Below, piece by piece: positions 47,866 to 57,082 of a stretch of 64,000 nt of DNA (the stretch's first letter is position 1; every line of letters starts with the position of its first letter). Made by a program: the position numbers and the translations under genes. Source of the stretch: Alphaproteobacteria bacterium (GTDB taxonomy: Bacteria > Pseudomonadota > Alphaproteobacteria > GCA-2731375); NCBI GenBank assembly GCA_965232515.1, contig CBDDPY010000002.1, forward strand, positions 3,296,001 through 3,360,000. The letters are read 5' to 3'. The notes below the pieces were generated by a model. That model saw only the letters and a list, made by a program, of their open reading frames with translations, ran no database searches and had not been told where the DNA came from.

Positions 47866-49554
47866 TCAGCCGAGCGTGACGCGCAGGACTTCATCCAGGC
47901 TGGTGGTGCCGGCGAGCGCCTTCGCGAGACCGTCGCGGTGGATCGTCGTCATCCCAGTCGCCACGGCCGCGGCCTCGATCTCCGTCGCCGGCGCTTGGCG
48001 CATGATCAACTGCCGGATTTGCTCGTCGACGGGCAGCACCTCGCCGATGGCGATACGGCCGCGATAGCCCGTGCCGTCGCAATGGTCGCAGCCGACCGGA
48101 CGACAGAGCGTCGCATCGCCCGGCAGGTCGAGCTGGCCGATCAGTTCGGCGCCGGCCGGATGCGGCTCGCGGCAATGCGGACAGAGCCGTCGCACCAGGC
48201 GCTGCGAGACAATACCGTTCAGCGTCGCGGTCAGTAGGTAGTCGGCGAGGCCCATGTCGGTGAGGCGTGTCACTGTCGCGGCGGCGCTGTTGGTATGCAC
48301 GGTCGACAACACCAGATGGCCGGTCAGTGCCGATTGTGCGGCGATCTGGGCGGTCTCGAGATCGCGGATCTCGCCGACCATGACGATGTCGGGATCGTGC
48401 CGCAGATAGGCCCGGAGCGCGGCGGCGAAATCGAGATCGACGGCGCGGTCGACCTGGACCTGGGTGATGCCGTCGAGCTGGTACTCGACCGGGTCCTCGA
48501 CGGTGACGATCTTGCGCTCGGGCGCGTTCAGGCGCTGCAACGAGGCGTAAAGCGTCGTCGTCTTGCCGCTGCCGGTCGGTCCGGTGACCAGGATGATGCC
48601 GTTCGGGCGTTGCAGCAGATCCAGATAGGTCTCGCGCCAGGCCGGCTCGAAGCCCATGGCGTCGAAATCGAGGTCGACGCCGCCGCCATCGAGGATGCGG
48701 ATGACCACGCCCTCGCCGTGGATGCCGGGCATGGTCGAGATCCTGAGATCGTATTCGCGGCCGCGCACGACGACGCGCGCCCGGCCGTCCTGTGGCCGGC
48801 GGCGCTCGGCATAGTTCAGCATCGACATGATCTTGATGCGCGAGACGATGGCGGCCTGCAGGTCGGCAGGCGGCGAATCCTGCGTGCGCAGCACGCCGTC
48901 GATGCGGTAGCGCAGCCGCAGGCCGGCGTCCGACGGCTCGATGTGGATATCGGAGGCCCGCGCCTCGACGGCGCGGTCGAGCATGCGGTCGACGAGGCGG
49001 ATGACCGGTGCCTCGTTCGCCCGGTCGCGCAGGCGTTCGGCATCGCGGCCGACCACCGTCACGCCTGTCGGCCGGGCCGCGCCGCCGTCGTCGCCGCCAT
49101 AGACCCGCTCGATCGCCGCATCGATCTCGCCGGGAATGGCGACGCAGGGGATTACCGGCTTGCCGGCCATGACCTCGATCGCCCGCATCGCCTCGCGGTT
49201 CAGCGGGTCAGCCATGGCGACGACCACGGCATCGTCCTTCTCCGCCAGCGGCAACAGACGCTCGCGCTGCAGGAACCGCTTGCTGGTGCGGCCGGCCAGC
49301 ACCGGCGTTTCGGGGAAGGACACGGCGGCGACCAGGTCCAGCCCCAGAACGTCGCTCAAGCCCTTGGCGACATCATGTTCCGACGCCAGACCCAGGCTGG
49401 TCAGCACCGCGCCGAAGGATAGGCCATGGTCGGGCGACCGCAGCGCCCGTTCGAAACCGGCTGGCGTCAGAACGCCGGAAGCGATGAGTCGTTTGCCAAG
49501 CGCGGCCGAGACGTCATCATCGTCGTTGACCGCCCCAGGCGCCTGCTCGCTCAT
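47866..49554 (-). CDS. gspE: Type II secretion ATPase GspE/PulE
   Basis: ASDIHIE, GPTGSGKTT, EDPVE, DPDIVMVGEIRD, TGHLVLSTVH, CPHC...CDHC. Confidence 0.92.
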   Translation of the reverse strand: MSEQAPGAVNDDDDVSAALGKRLIASGVLTPAGFERALRSPDHGLSFGAVLTSLGLASEHDVAKGLSDVLGLDLVAAVSFPETPVLAGRTSKRFLQRERLLPLAEKDDAVVVAMADPLNREAMRAIEVMAGKPVIPCVAIPGEIDAAIERVYGGDDGGAARPTGVTVVGRDAERLRDRANEAPVIRLVDRMLDRAVEARASDIHIEPSDAGLRLRYRIDGVLRTQDSPPADLQAAIVSRIKIMSMLNYAERRRPQDGRARVVVRGREYDLRISTMPGIHGEGVVIRILDGGGVDLDFDAMGFEPAWRETYLDLLQRPNGIILVTGPTGSGKTTTLYASLQRLNAPERKIVTVEDPVEYQLDGITQVQVDRAVDLDFAAALRAYLRHDPDIVMVGEIRDLETAQIAAQSALTGHLVLSTVHTNSAAATVTRLTDMGLADYLLTATLNGIVSQRLVRRLCPHCREPHPAGAELIGQLDLPGDATLCRPVGCDHCDGTGYRGRIAIGEVLPVDEQIRQLIMRQAPATEIEAAAVATGMTTIHRDGLAKALAGTTSLDEVLRVTLG

Positions 49555-49634
49555 GTTCCGGTTCCGTGCGGCATCGGCGCATGGTGCCAGAAGGGCAGCG
49601 GCGGCGCCAGCCGACGGCGGCAGGGGCAGCGGTG

Positions 49635-49669
49635 TTGTGAAATTATGTATTATGATACAATTCTCACAA
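49635..49669. promoter_or_regulatory. AT-rich dyad operator between divergent gspE and P450
   Basis: TTGTGA...TGTAT-TATG-ATACA...TCACAA nested inverted repeat. Confidence 0.45.
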
Positions 49670-49691
49670 TGCGTAATTTCGGAGAAGACTC

Positions 49692-50942
49692 ATGACGGCC
49701 GACAGCGCGGCGCGTGACTCCAGCGCCAAAGACGATCGCGGTCTGGCGGAAAGCTTCGATCTCCGCCGGCTGGATCGGACATTTCTGGACGACCCCTACC
49801 CCACCTATCACGCGCTGCGTCGCCACGATCCCGTGCGGCGGCTGGCGGACGGGTCCTACTTTCTGACCCGGTATGACGACATCGTCTCGGTCTACCGCGA
49901 TCCGGTGTTGTTCAGCTCGGACAAGAAGGTCGATTTCAAGCCCAATCTCGGCGACAGCCTGCTCTACGAGCACCACACCACCAGCCTGGTGTTCAACGAC
50001 CCGCCCTACCACACGCGGGTGCGCAAGCTGCTGGCCCCGGCGTTTACGCCGCGGGCGCTGCGGGCGCTGCAAACCCGGGTTGAGGCGCAGGTCGACCATC
50101 TGCTGGACCGGGCCGAGGATAGCGGCCGTATGGATCTGATCGCCGATCTCGCCTCGGCCCTGCCCGTGCAGCTGATCGGCGACATGCTGGGCGTCCCGCA
50201 GGACGAACGCGACCCGCTGCGCGGCTGGTCGCTGGCCATCCTCGGCGCGCTCGAGCCGGTGCTCACCAAGGAACAGTTCGACACAGGCTGCACAGCCGTG
50301 GCCGACTTCAAGGACTATCTGCGCGGGCTGATCGCCGACCGAAAGAAACACGCCGGCGCGCACGACGACGGCGAGATCCTGAGCAAGCTGATCGCCGCCG
50401 AGGAAGACGGCGAGACGCTGACCGAGCTGGAGCTGTTGCACAACTGCATCTTCCTGCTGAACGCCGGCCACGAGACCACCACCAACCTGATCGGCAACGG
50501 CGTCGAGGCGCTGTTCCGCTTTCCCGACGAGATGGCGCGCCTGCGCCGCGAACCCGACCTCATCAAGTCGGCGGTGGAGGAATTCCTGCGTTTCGAGAGC
50601 TCGAACCAGCTCGGCAACCGGCGGCTGACCCAAAACGCGGAGGTTGGCGGCGTCGCCATGGAGGCCGGCACCTATATCCATGTCTGCATCGGCGCGGCGA
50701 ACCGCGACCCGTCGCAGTTTTCGGACCCCGATCGGCTCGACATCACCCGCAGCCCGAACCGGCACCTCGCTTTCGGCTCGGGCATCCATGCCTGCGCCGG
50801 CATGTCGCTCGCCCGCATGGAAGGCCAGGTCGCCATCGGAAAGCTGTTGCGGCGCTTTCCGAACCTGCGCCCCGACGGCGCGCCGGTACGCGGCGGCCGC
50901 GCTCGTTTCCGCGGTTTCCTGTCGCTGCCCGTCGCGCTCTAA
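49692..50942 (+). CDS. Cytochrome P450
   Basis: NDPPYHTRVR, AGHETT I-helix, EFLR (ExxR), FGSGIHACAG heme Cys. Confidence 0.95.
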   Translation: MTADSAARDSSAKDDRGLAESFDLRRLDRTFLDDPYPTYHALRRHDPVRRLADGSYFLTRYDDIVSVYRDPVLFSSDKKVDFKPNLGDSLLYEHHTTSLVFNDPPYHTRVRKLLAPAFTPRALRALQTRVEAQVDHLLDRAEDSGRMDLIADLASALPVQLIGDMLGVPQDERDPLRGWSLAILGALEPVLTKEQFDTGCTAVADFKDYLRGLIADRKKHAGAHDDGEILSKLIAAEEDGETLTELELLHNCIFLLNAGHETTTNLIGNGVEALFRFPDEMARLRREPDLIKSAVEEFLRFESSNQLGNRRLTQNAEVGGVAMEAGTYIHVCIGAANRDPSQFSDPDRLDITRSPNRHLAFGSGIHACAGMSLARMEGQVAIGKLLRRFPNLRPDGAPVRGGRARFRGFLSLPVAL

Positions 50943-50968
50943 TACGTCTTCTGAGTGGGGAAGATGCA

Positions 50969-52393
50969 ATGAACAGCGACGAGTTTCGCCGCCACGGCCA
51001 CGCCTTCGTGGACTGGATGGCGGATTACTTGGACAACGTCGAACAATATCCGGTGAAGGCGCAGGTGGCGCCGGGCGACATCGCGACGCAGCTGCCGACG
51101 AGCCCGCCCGAGCAGCCCGAGGACATGGCCAAAATCTTCCGCGATTTCGAGCGCATCATCGTGCCCGGCCTGACGCACTGGCAACACCCGAGCTTCTTCG
51201 CCTATTTCCCGGCCAACAACAGTCGGCCGTCGGTGCTGGCCGAGATGTTGACGGCGGCGCTCGGCACGCAGGGCATGATCTGGGAGACCTCGCCCGCCGC
51301 GACCGAGCTGGAAACCCGGGTCATGGACTGGCTGCGCCAGATCCTCGGGCTCGGCGACGGCTGGACCGGCGTCATCCAGGACACGGCATCCACCGCGATC
51401 CTCTGCGCCATCCTGACCGCGCGCGAGCAGGCGACCGACTACGGCATCAACGAGCACGGCTTTCGCGCCGAGGACCGGCTGACGGCCTATTGCTCGGGCG
51501 AAACCCATTCGGCGACCGAAAAGAACGCCAAGATCGCCGGTTTCGGCCGCGAGAACGTGCGCAAGATCGCCGTCGACGACCAGTTCGCCATCATCCCCGC
51601 CGAGCTGGAGAAGGCGATCGAGGCCGACAAAGCCGAAGGCTGCCGGCCGACGATTGTCGTCGCCAGCCTGGGCACGACCGGCGCCGGCGGCTTCGATCCG
51701 CTGCGGCCGATCGGCGAGATCTGCCGTCGGCACAGTGTCTGGCTGCATGTCGACGCGGCCTGGGCCGGCAGCGCGTTGGTGCTGCCCGAGCAGCGCTGGA
51801 TGATCGACGGCATCGAGCATGTCGACAGCTTCGTCTTCAACCCGCACAAATGGCTGTTCACCAACTTCGACTGCTCGGCCTATTTCGTGCGCGACCCGGA
51901 CGCGCTGATCCGCACCTTCTCGATCCTGCCGGAATTCCTGAAGCACGCCGAGCATGGCCGCGCCATCGACTACCGCGACTGGCACGTGCAGCTCGGTCGT
52001 CGCTTCCGGGCGCTGAAGCTCTGGTTCGTGCTGCGCAACTTTGGTGTTTCCGGCTTGCGCGAACGCGTGGCCGCGCACATCGCGCTCGCTCAGGAGCTGG
52101 CCGGCCAGATGGCCGCCGAACCCGACTTCGAGATCCTGGCGCCCGCCCGGCTCGCCCTCTTCTGCTTCCGCTACCGTCCCGCCGACGTCGATGACGAGGC
52201 CGAGATCGAACGCCTGAACAAGCAGCTCCTGCAGGCGCTCAACGAGTCCGGCGCCCTCTACCTGACCCAGGCCATCGTCGCCGGCAAATACGCCATCCGC
52301 TTCTCCATCGGCCAGACCGAAACGCAACGCCACCACGTCCAGGCCGCCTGGCACCGCATCCGCGACACCGCGCGGTCGCTGACCAACACGTGA
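50969..52393 (+). CDS. Group II PLP-dependent decarboxylase (aromatic L-amino acid decarboxylase-like)
   Basis: THWQHPSFFAYFP, SPAATELE, HVDAAWAG, NPHKWLFTNFDCS, LGRRFRALKLW. Confidence 0.92.
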   Translation: MNSDEFRRHGHAFVDWMADYLDNVEQYPVKAQVAPGDIATQLPTSPPEQPEDMAKIFRDFERIIVPGLTHWQHPSFFAYFPANNSRPSVLAEMLTAALGTQGMIWETSPAATELETRVMDWLRQILGLGDGWTGVIQDTASTAILCAILTAREQATDYGINEHGFRAEDRLTAYCSGETHSATEKNAKIAGFGRENVRKIAVDDQFAIIPAELEKAIEADKAEGCRPTIVVASLGTTGAGGFDPLRPIGEICRRHSVWLHVDAAWAGSALVLPEQRWMIDGIEHVDSFVFNPHKWLFTNFDCSAYFVRDPDALIRTFSILPEFLKHAEHGRAIDYRDWHVQLGRRFRALKLWFVLRNFGVSGLRERVAAHIALAQELAGQMAAEPDFEILAPARLALFCFRYRPADVDDEAEIERLNKQLLQALNESGALYLTQAIVAGKYAIRFSIGQTETQRHHVQAAWHRIRDTARSLTNT

Positions 52394-52478
52394 GTGCTTG
52401 GACAAGCGGCGGCCGGATGCGGCATGCTGAGGCCGGTCACGAACCGGTCCAAAACGCAACGTGTGGGAGGTCGTCTGT

Positions 52479-53363
52479 ATGAGCGGCTGGCTGGAAACCT
52501 ATCGCGGCATCGTCAATGCCTGGGAGTGCGACGTCGTCGAGCACTTTACCGTCGCCTACTACTACGACCGCTTCAGCGACGCGACGTTGAACATGTTGGC
52601 GGGTGTCGGCCTGGGCCAGGACTACATGGCCGAGACGCGCCATGCGCTGGCGACCGTCGACTGCTACACGCGCTATCTCGCCGAGCTGCGCGCCGGCGAC
52701 ATCCTGCATATCGAGAGCGGCGTCATCGACGCCGACGACAAGGGCGTCAGGCTCGGCCATAAAGTGATCAATTCGGCGAGCGGCGAGGTCGCGGCGACGC
52801 TCGAGCAGCGCCTGCTGCATTTCCATCTCGACGACCGCAAGGCTTTGCCGTTCCCGGCCGAGCTGCAGGAACGGGCGCTCGCCGGCCGCATCGACTGGGA
52901 CGGCGAGGCGCGCGAGGAACGCGCGGCGCCGGCCGACGACAGCGCCTTTATCGACACCGTGCGCGACACGGTGAAGCCCTGGGAGATCGACGTGCTGGGC
53001 CATATGGGCTTTCAGTTCTACGTGCACCGCTTCTCGGCCGCGACGCCGCAGGCGATCAGCGCCTTCGGCATGACGCCGGCCTATATGCAGGAGAACCGCA
53101 TCGGCTTCTCGACCTTCGAGTTCCAGCTCCGGTTTCTACGCGAGCTCCAGGCCGGCGACAGGGTGCATATACGCTCGGCCGTCATGCATGTCGGCGGCTC
53201 GTCCATGCGGGTGCTGAACCGCATGTACAACGCCAGCACCGGCGAACTTGCGGCCGAGCTGAGCCAGTTCGGCGTGCATCTCGACATGGCGGCGCGCCGG
53301 CCGAAACCGCTGCCGGACGAGATCCGCGCGCGTGGACAGGCCATGATGGCGGCAACGGCATGA
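52479..53363 (+). CDS. Tandem (double) hotdog acyl-CoA thioesterase
   Basis: Two 4HBT-like repeats: VNAWECDVVEH and VKPWEIDVLGHM. Confidence 0.82.
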   Translation: MSGWLETYRGIVNAWECDVVEHFTVAYYYDRFSDATLNMLAGVGLGQDYMAETRHALATVDCYTRYLAELRAGDILHIESGVIDADDKGVRLGHKVINSASGEVAATLEQRLLHFHLDDRKALPFPAELQERALAGRIDWDGEAREERAAPADDSAFIDTVRDTVKPWEIDVLGHMGFQFYVHRFSAATPQAISAFGMTPAYMQENRIGFSTFEFQLRFLRELQAGDRVHIRSAVMHVGGSSMRVLNRMYNASTGELAAELSQFGVHLDMAARRPKPLPDEIRARGQAMMAATA

Positions 53364-54205
53364 GCGGCGGCACCGTCGATCCGCTGCCGGCCGTCGCGGA
53401 AACGGACGCGACCGGCGAAACCGCCGCGCTCTACGACGATATCCGCGCGACGCTGGGCGTGCCTGTCGTCAACCTGGTCTGGCGGCATCTCGCCACCTTC
53501 CCCGGCGCGCTTCCCTGGTGCTGGGAGGCGCTGAAGCCGGTCTACGAGTCGGGCGCCGTGTCGGTCGCCGCCGACGGCCTGAAAGACAGCCTCGACCTCC
53601 CGGTCATCCCGCCGATCCCGACAGCAACCTTGCGCGCGGCCGGCGTCGACGCCGACGGCGAAGCGCAGATCCGCACCGTGCTGGCGAGCTACAACCGCAG
53701 CAACGCCATGAACCTGATCGCGCTGACGGCGCTGGTCATGGCGTTGAAGGACGAACCGGCCATGGGCCCATCGCCGACCGCACAACCGGCCGACGACGGC
53801 GTCGCCGGCAGCCTGCCGCCGCTCATGTCGCTCGCCGACATGCCGGAGCACGTCGCGGCGTTGGTTGAAGACCTGAACCGCCTCGGCGACCGCGAGGACG
53901 GCCGCGTCATGGCCACCATGTACCGCCACCTCGCCCACTGGCCCGGCTTCCTCGCCATGCTCTGGGCGCTGTTTGCGCCGATGGCCGCGAGCGGGCGTCT
54001 CGAGCTCGCCATCGACGGCACGTTTGACGCCGCCCGGCAACGCGCCGCCTGGATGCTGGCCGGCATCGGCAAACCCGACGCCGACCTCGACGCTGACGTC
54101 CGCAGCCAAGTTCAAGCTACCCTCACCCGCTTCACCGACAACCTGATCGGCAAGATGGTCCCTATCGGTCTGATGCTTGACCGCGCAATGCCCGGCGGCG
54201 AGTAG
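53360..54205 (+). CDS. DehI (group I haloacid dehalogenase)-like protein
   Basis: VAETDATGETAALYDDIRATLGVPVVNLVWRHLATFPGALPWCWEAL, with internal repeat MYRHLAHWPGFL. Confidence 0.55.
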   Translation: MSGGTVDPLPAVAETDATGETAALYDDIRATLGVPVVNLVWRHLATFPGALPWCWEALKPVYESGAVSVAADGLKDSLDLPVIPPIPTATLRAAGVDADGEAQIRTVLASYNRSNAMNLIALTALVMALKDEPAMGPSPTAQPADDGVAGSLPPLMSLADMPEHVAALVEDLNRLGDREDGRVMATMYRHLAHWPGFLAMLWALFAPMAASGRLELAIDGTFDAARQRAAWMLAGIGKPDADLDADVRSQVQATLTRFTDNLIGKMVPIGLMLDRAMPGGE

Positions 54206-54235
54206 CTTCGAAGTTCAAAACCGAGAACCGGTCGC

Positions 54236-54275
54236 CATGCTTCGAGACGCGCCCTGACGGGCGTTCCTCAGCATG
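54236..54275. repeat. REP-like repeat, left unit (interrupted by the IS)
   Basis: CATGCTTCGAGACGCGCCCTGACGGGCGTTCCTCAGCATG, continued by AGG after the IS. Confidence 0.65.
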
Positions 54276-55450
54276 GAGACCTTTGCACGGTTTTGGGAAG
54301 CGTGATTCACTGACGGTATAGGGGCTGTCGGTGAGGGTTTGAGATGTCTCGCAAGCGTGTTGGTCAGCTGGGGTTTGAGGACGCGGTTGTCGAGGCGCGG
54401 CTTGGCGCTCGGTTCGATCGGCTGTCGAAGATCAATGATCTTGTGGACTGGCGGCCGTTTGAGGCGCTGCTGGAGGGGCTTTATCCGTCGCGTCGGGGCG
54501 AGCCGTCTTATCCGGCGCTGATCATGTTCAAGGTGCTGCTGTTGCAGCGCTGGTACAATCTGTCGGATCCGATGATGGAGGAGGCGTTGGCGGACCGGAT
54601 CTCGTTCCGTCGGTTTGTCGGTCTGAGCCTGAGCGATCCGGTTCCCGATCACTCGACGATCCACCGTTTCCGGGACCGTCTACGCGGGGCGGCGCGTCTT
54701 GAGGCGCTGATGGGGGAGTTGTCGCGTCAGCTCGAAGCGCACCAGGTCGTGCTCAAACAAGGCACGTTGATTGATGCCAGCCTGGTGAGCAGCGCGGCGC
54801 GGCGGCCTCGGATCAAGGAAGGCCGGACCAGCCGGACCGATCCGGATGCGCGCTTTGGCACCAACAACGAGCGCCGGCGCTATAGCTTTGGCTACAAGCT
54901 GCATGTGGCCGTGGATCAGGGCTCGGCGCTGATCCGCGGCCTGTTTCTGACGCCGGCCAATCGCCAGGAGATCGACTTTGCCGCCGATTTGGTTCAGGGC
55001 GACGAGCAGGCCGTCTATGCCGACCGTGGTTATGACGCCCGGCGCCTGCGCGATCATCTGGCGGCGCTCGGCATCGCCGACGGGGTCATGCGCCATGCCC
55101 GTAAAGGCAGGCCGCTCAACGCCGAAGAGACCGCCCGGAACCACCGGCTGGTGGCCCGGCGCCGACCGGTCGAGAAGATCTTCGGCACCCTCAAACGAAG
55201 CTACCGCCTCAGCCGCCTGCCGCATTTCAGCCAAGCACGCAACGAAGTCACCGTCACGCTCGCCTGTTTCGCCTACAACCTGCGACGCCTCGCCGTCCTC
55301 TGCGCAACTTGAGGCCGCTCGATATCGACCTCATCGACAGCAAACAGGCCTCAAGCCGGTCAGCGGCTCGAAAACAGGCGCGATCGCCGCTAACAACCCA
55401 GCGCCAAGCTCGAACATAGCGACAAACAACACCTACCGTGCAAAGGTCTC
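54276..55450 (+). mobile_element. IS5-family insertion sequence, 1175 bp (IS1106-like ends)
   Basis: Perfect 16-bp TIRs GAGACCTTTGCACGGT (54276-54291) / ACCGTGCAAAGGTCTC (55435-55450); CAGCATG duplicated at 54269-54275 and 55451-55457. Confidence 0.95.
54344..55312 (+). CDS. IS5-family DDE transposase
   Basis: LQRWYNLSD, PDHSTI, IDAS, ADRGY, RRPVEKIFGTLK; uninterrupted frame. Confidence 0.95.
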   Translation: MSRKRVGQLGFEDAVVEARLGARFDRLSKINDLVDWRPFEALLEGLYPSRRGEPSYPALIMFKVLLLQRWYNLSDPMMEEALADRISFRRFVGLSLSDPVPDHSTIHRFRDRLRGAARLEALMGELSRQLEAHQVVLKQGTLIDASLVSSAARRPRIKEGRTSRTDPDARFGTNNERRRYSFGYKLHVAVDQGSALIRGLFLTPANRQEIDFAADLVQGDEQAVYADRGYDARRLRDHLAALGIADGVMRHARKGRPLNAEETARNHRLVARRRPVEKIFGTLKRSYRLSRLPHFSQARNEVTVTLACFAYNLRRLAVLCAT

Positions 55451-55484
55451 CAGCATGAGGTCGTGCCTCCATATCAAACACAAA

Positions 55485-55524
55485 CCTCACCCTGAGGTGC
55501 GGAGCGAAGCGAAGCCTCGAAGGG
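55485..55524. repeat. REP-like repeat, right unit (inverted)
   Basis: CCTCACCCTGAGGTGCGGAGCGAAGCGAAGCCTCGAAGGG; its reverse complement shares CTTCGAG...CCTCAG..TGAGG with the left unit. Confidence 0.65.
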
Positions 55525-55558
55525 TCGGCTATCAGGCTCCGGTCGACGTAGTCTGTAA

Positions 55559-57052
55559 TCAATGCGGCGGGGCGCCGTAGCGGTGGAGGTGGTAGGGCTG
55601 CTTGGCGAGGCCCGGGCAGAACGAGCCGACGATGCTCTCGAGGCGGTCGTAGAGCGCCTTGTTGGGCGCGTTGACGGCGGCGAGGCGTTCGTGGGCGCGT
55701 TCGGCGTCGGTGGCGATCTTGGCCAAATCGATGCCGGCGATGCGGCGGTTCTCGACCACCATGCGGCCGCCGATCATCACGCTGTGCACCGATGAGCCGT
55801 CCTCGGTGTGGACGAGCTGGTTCACCGGATCGTTGACCGGGATCCAGTTGATCGCCGTCAGATCCAGGAACACGATGTCGGCCTTGTAGCCCGGCGCGAT
55901 GCGGCCGATCTTGTCCAAGCCGAGCGCGCGGGCGCTGCCTTCGGTCGCCGCCGTGACGATCTCCTCTGGCTTGAGCCAGCGCTGCCAGTCCGGCCCGCGC
56001 ACGTGGCTGACGTAAGAGGCGACGCGCATCGACTCGTACATATTCTGGTGGTCGCAGCAATTGGCGCCGTCCGTGCCGATGCCGAGATTGACGCCGAGCT
56101 CGAGCATGCGGCGGGCGTCGGCGATGCCGTTGCCGAGCAGCGCGTTGCTGCCGGGATTGTGCGAGACCGAGCCGCCGCGGTCGCCGAGCCGCTTCATATC
56201 GTCGTCGTCGAGCCAGACGCCGTGTGCCACGACGAAATCGGGGCCCAGCAGACCGAGGTCGTCGATATGCGCGGTCAGGGTCTTGCCATAGACCTTCATG
56301 CCGCTGACCGCCTGCACCTTCGATTCCGAGACGTGGCTGTGCAGCCCCAACCCGTGCTCGCGGGCGAGATCGCGGCAGCCGATCATGAAGTCGTCGGAAC
56401 AGTGCAGCGGGATCGTCGGCGCCACGCCCGGCCGAAGCTGTTCGCGGTCGTGCGGCCAGGACTCGACGATCTCGCGCATGGCCGCAAGCGTCGTTTCGTG
56501 CGCGGGCAGCCTGAGGCGCTCGACGTCGGCCTGCAACGCGTCTGGCAGCGCGCCCATCAACCCCGGTATGGCCTCGAAGAAGCTGCTGTCGGCGACCATC
56601 GGCGCGACCACGGCGCGCATGCCGACATCGGCATAGGCCTTGGTGACGGCGCCGACGCCGTCGGTCGTCGGGATCGGCAGCTCGATCATCAGGTCGTAGC
56701 AGGCGGTGCAGCCCTTGAGTAGCATCTCGCAGGCGCCAATCAGGGTCGAAAGATACTTCTCCTCGGTCTCGCGGCCGCCGCTGATCCAAGGTCCCGCCGT
56801 CAGCAGCAGTTCCAGCGTCCAGCGCTCGCCCGTGCCTTTCGCCAGGTTGCCGTGGCTGTGCGTGTGGCCGTTGATCAGGCCCGGATGCATCAGTCGGCCG
56901 GCCGCGTCGATGGTCTCGGCCGCTTCGGGCGCGGCCATGCCGGGCGCCCCGATTTCCAGGATCGTGTCGCCGTCGATCAGGATGTCGCGGTGCGGCGCGG
57001 CGTGCGCCGCTACGTCGAGCAGCCGGCCGCCGCGAATGATTTTCATAGCCAT
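55559..57052 (-). CDS. Metal-dependent amidohydrolase (deaminase/chlorohydrolase superfamily)
   Basis: PGLINGHTHSH, HSHVSES, AHGVW, GTDG, PGYKADIV. Confidence 0.88.
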   Translation of the reverse strand: MAMKIIRGGRLLDVAAHAAPHRDILIDGDTILEIGAPGMAAPEAAETIDAAGRLMHPGLINGHTHSHGNLAKGTGERWTLELLLTAGPWISGGRETEEKYLSTLIGACEMLLKGCTACYDLMIELPIPTTDGVGAVTKAYADVGMRAVVAPMVADSSFFEAIPGLMGALPDALQADVERLRLPAHETTLAAMREIVESWPHDREQLRPGVAPTIPLHCSDDFMIGCRDLAREHGLGLHSHVSESKVQAVSGMKVYGKTLTAHIDDLGLLGPDFVVAHGVWLDDDDMKRLGDRGGSVSHNPGSNALLGNGIADARRMLELGVNLGIGTDGANCCDHQNMYESMRVASYVSHVRGPDWQRWLKPEEIVTAATEGSARALGLDKIGRIAPGYKADIVFLDLTAINWIPVNDPVNQLVHTEDGSSVHSVMIGGRMVVENRRIAGIDLAKIATDAERAHERLAAVNAPNKALYDRLESIVGSFCPGLAKQPYHLHRYGAPPH

Positions 57053-57082
57053 GATCTCAAGCTCCTTCGAAAGCCGCCCGCG

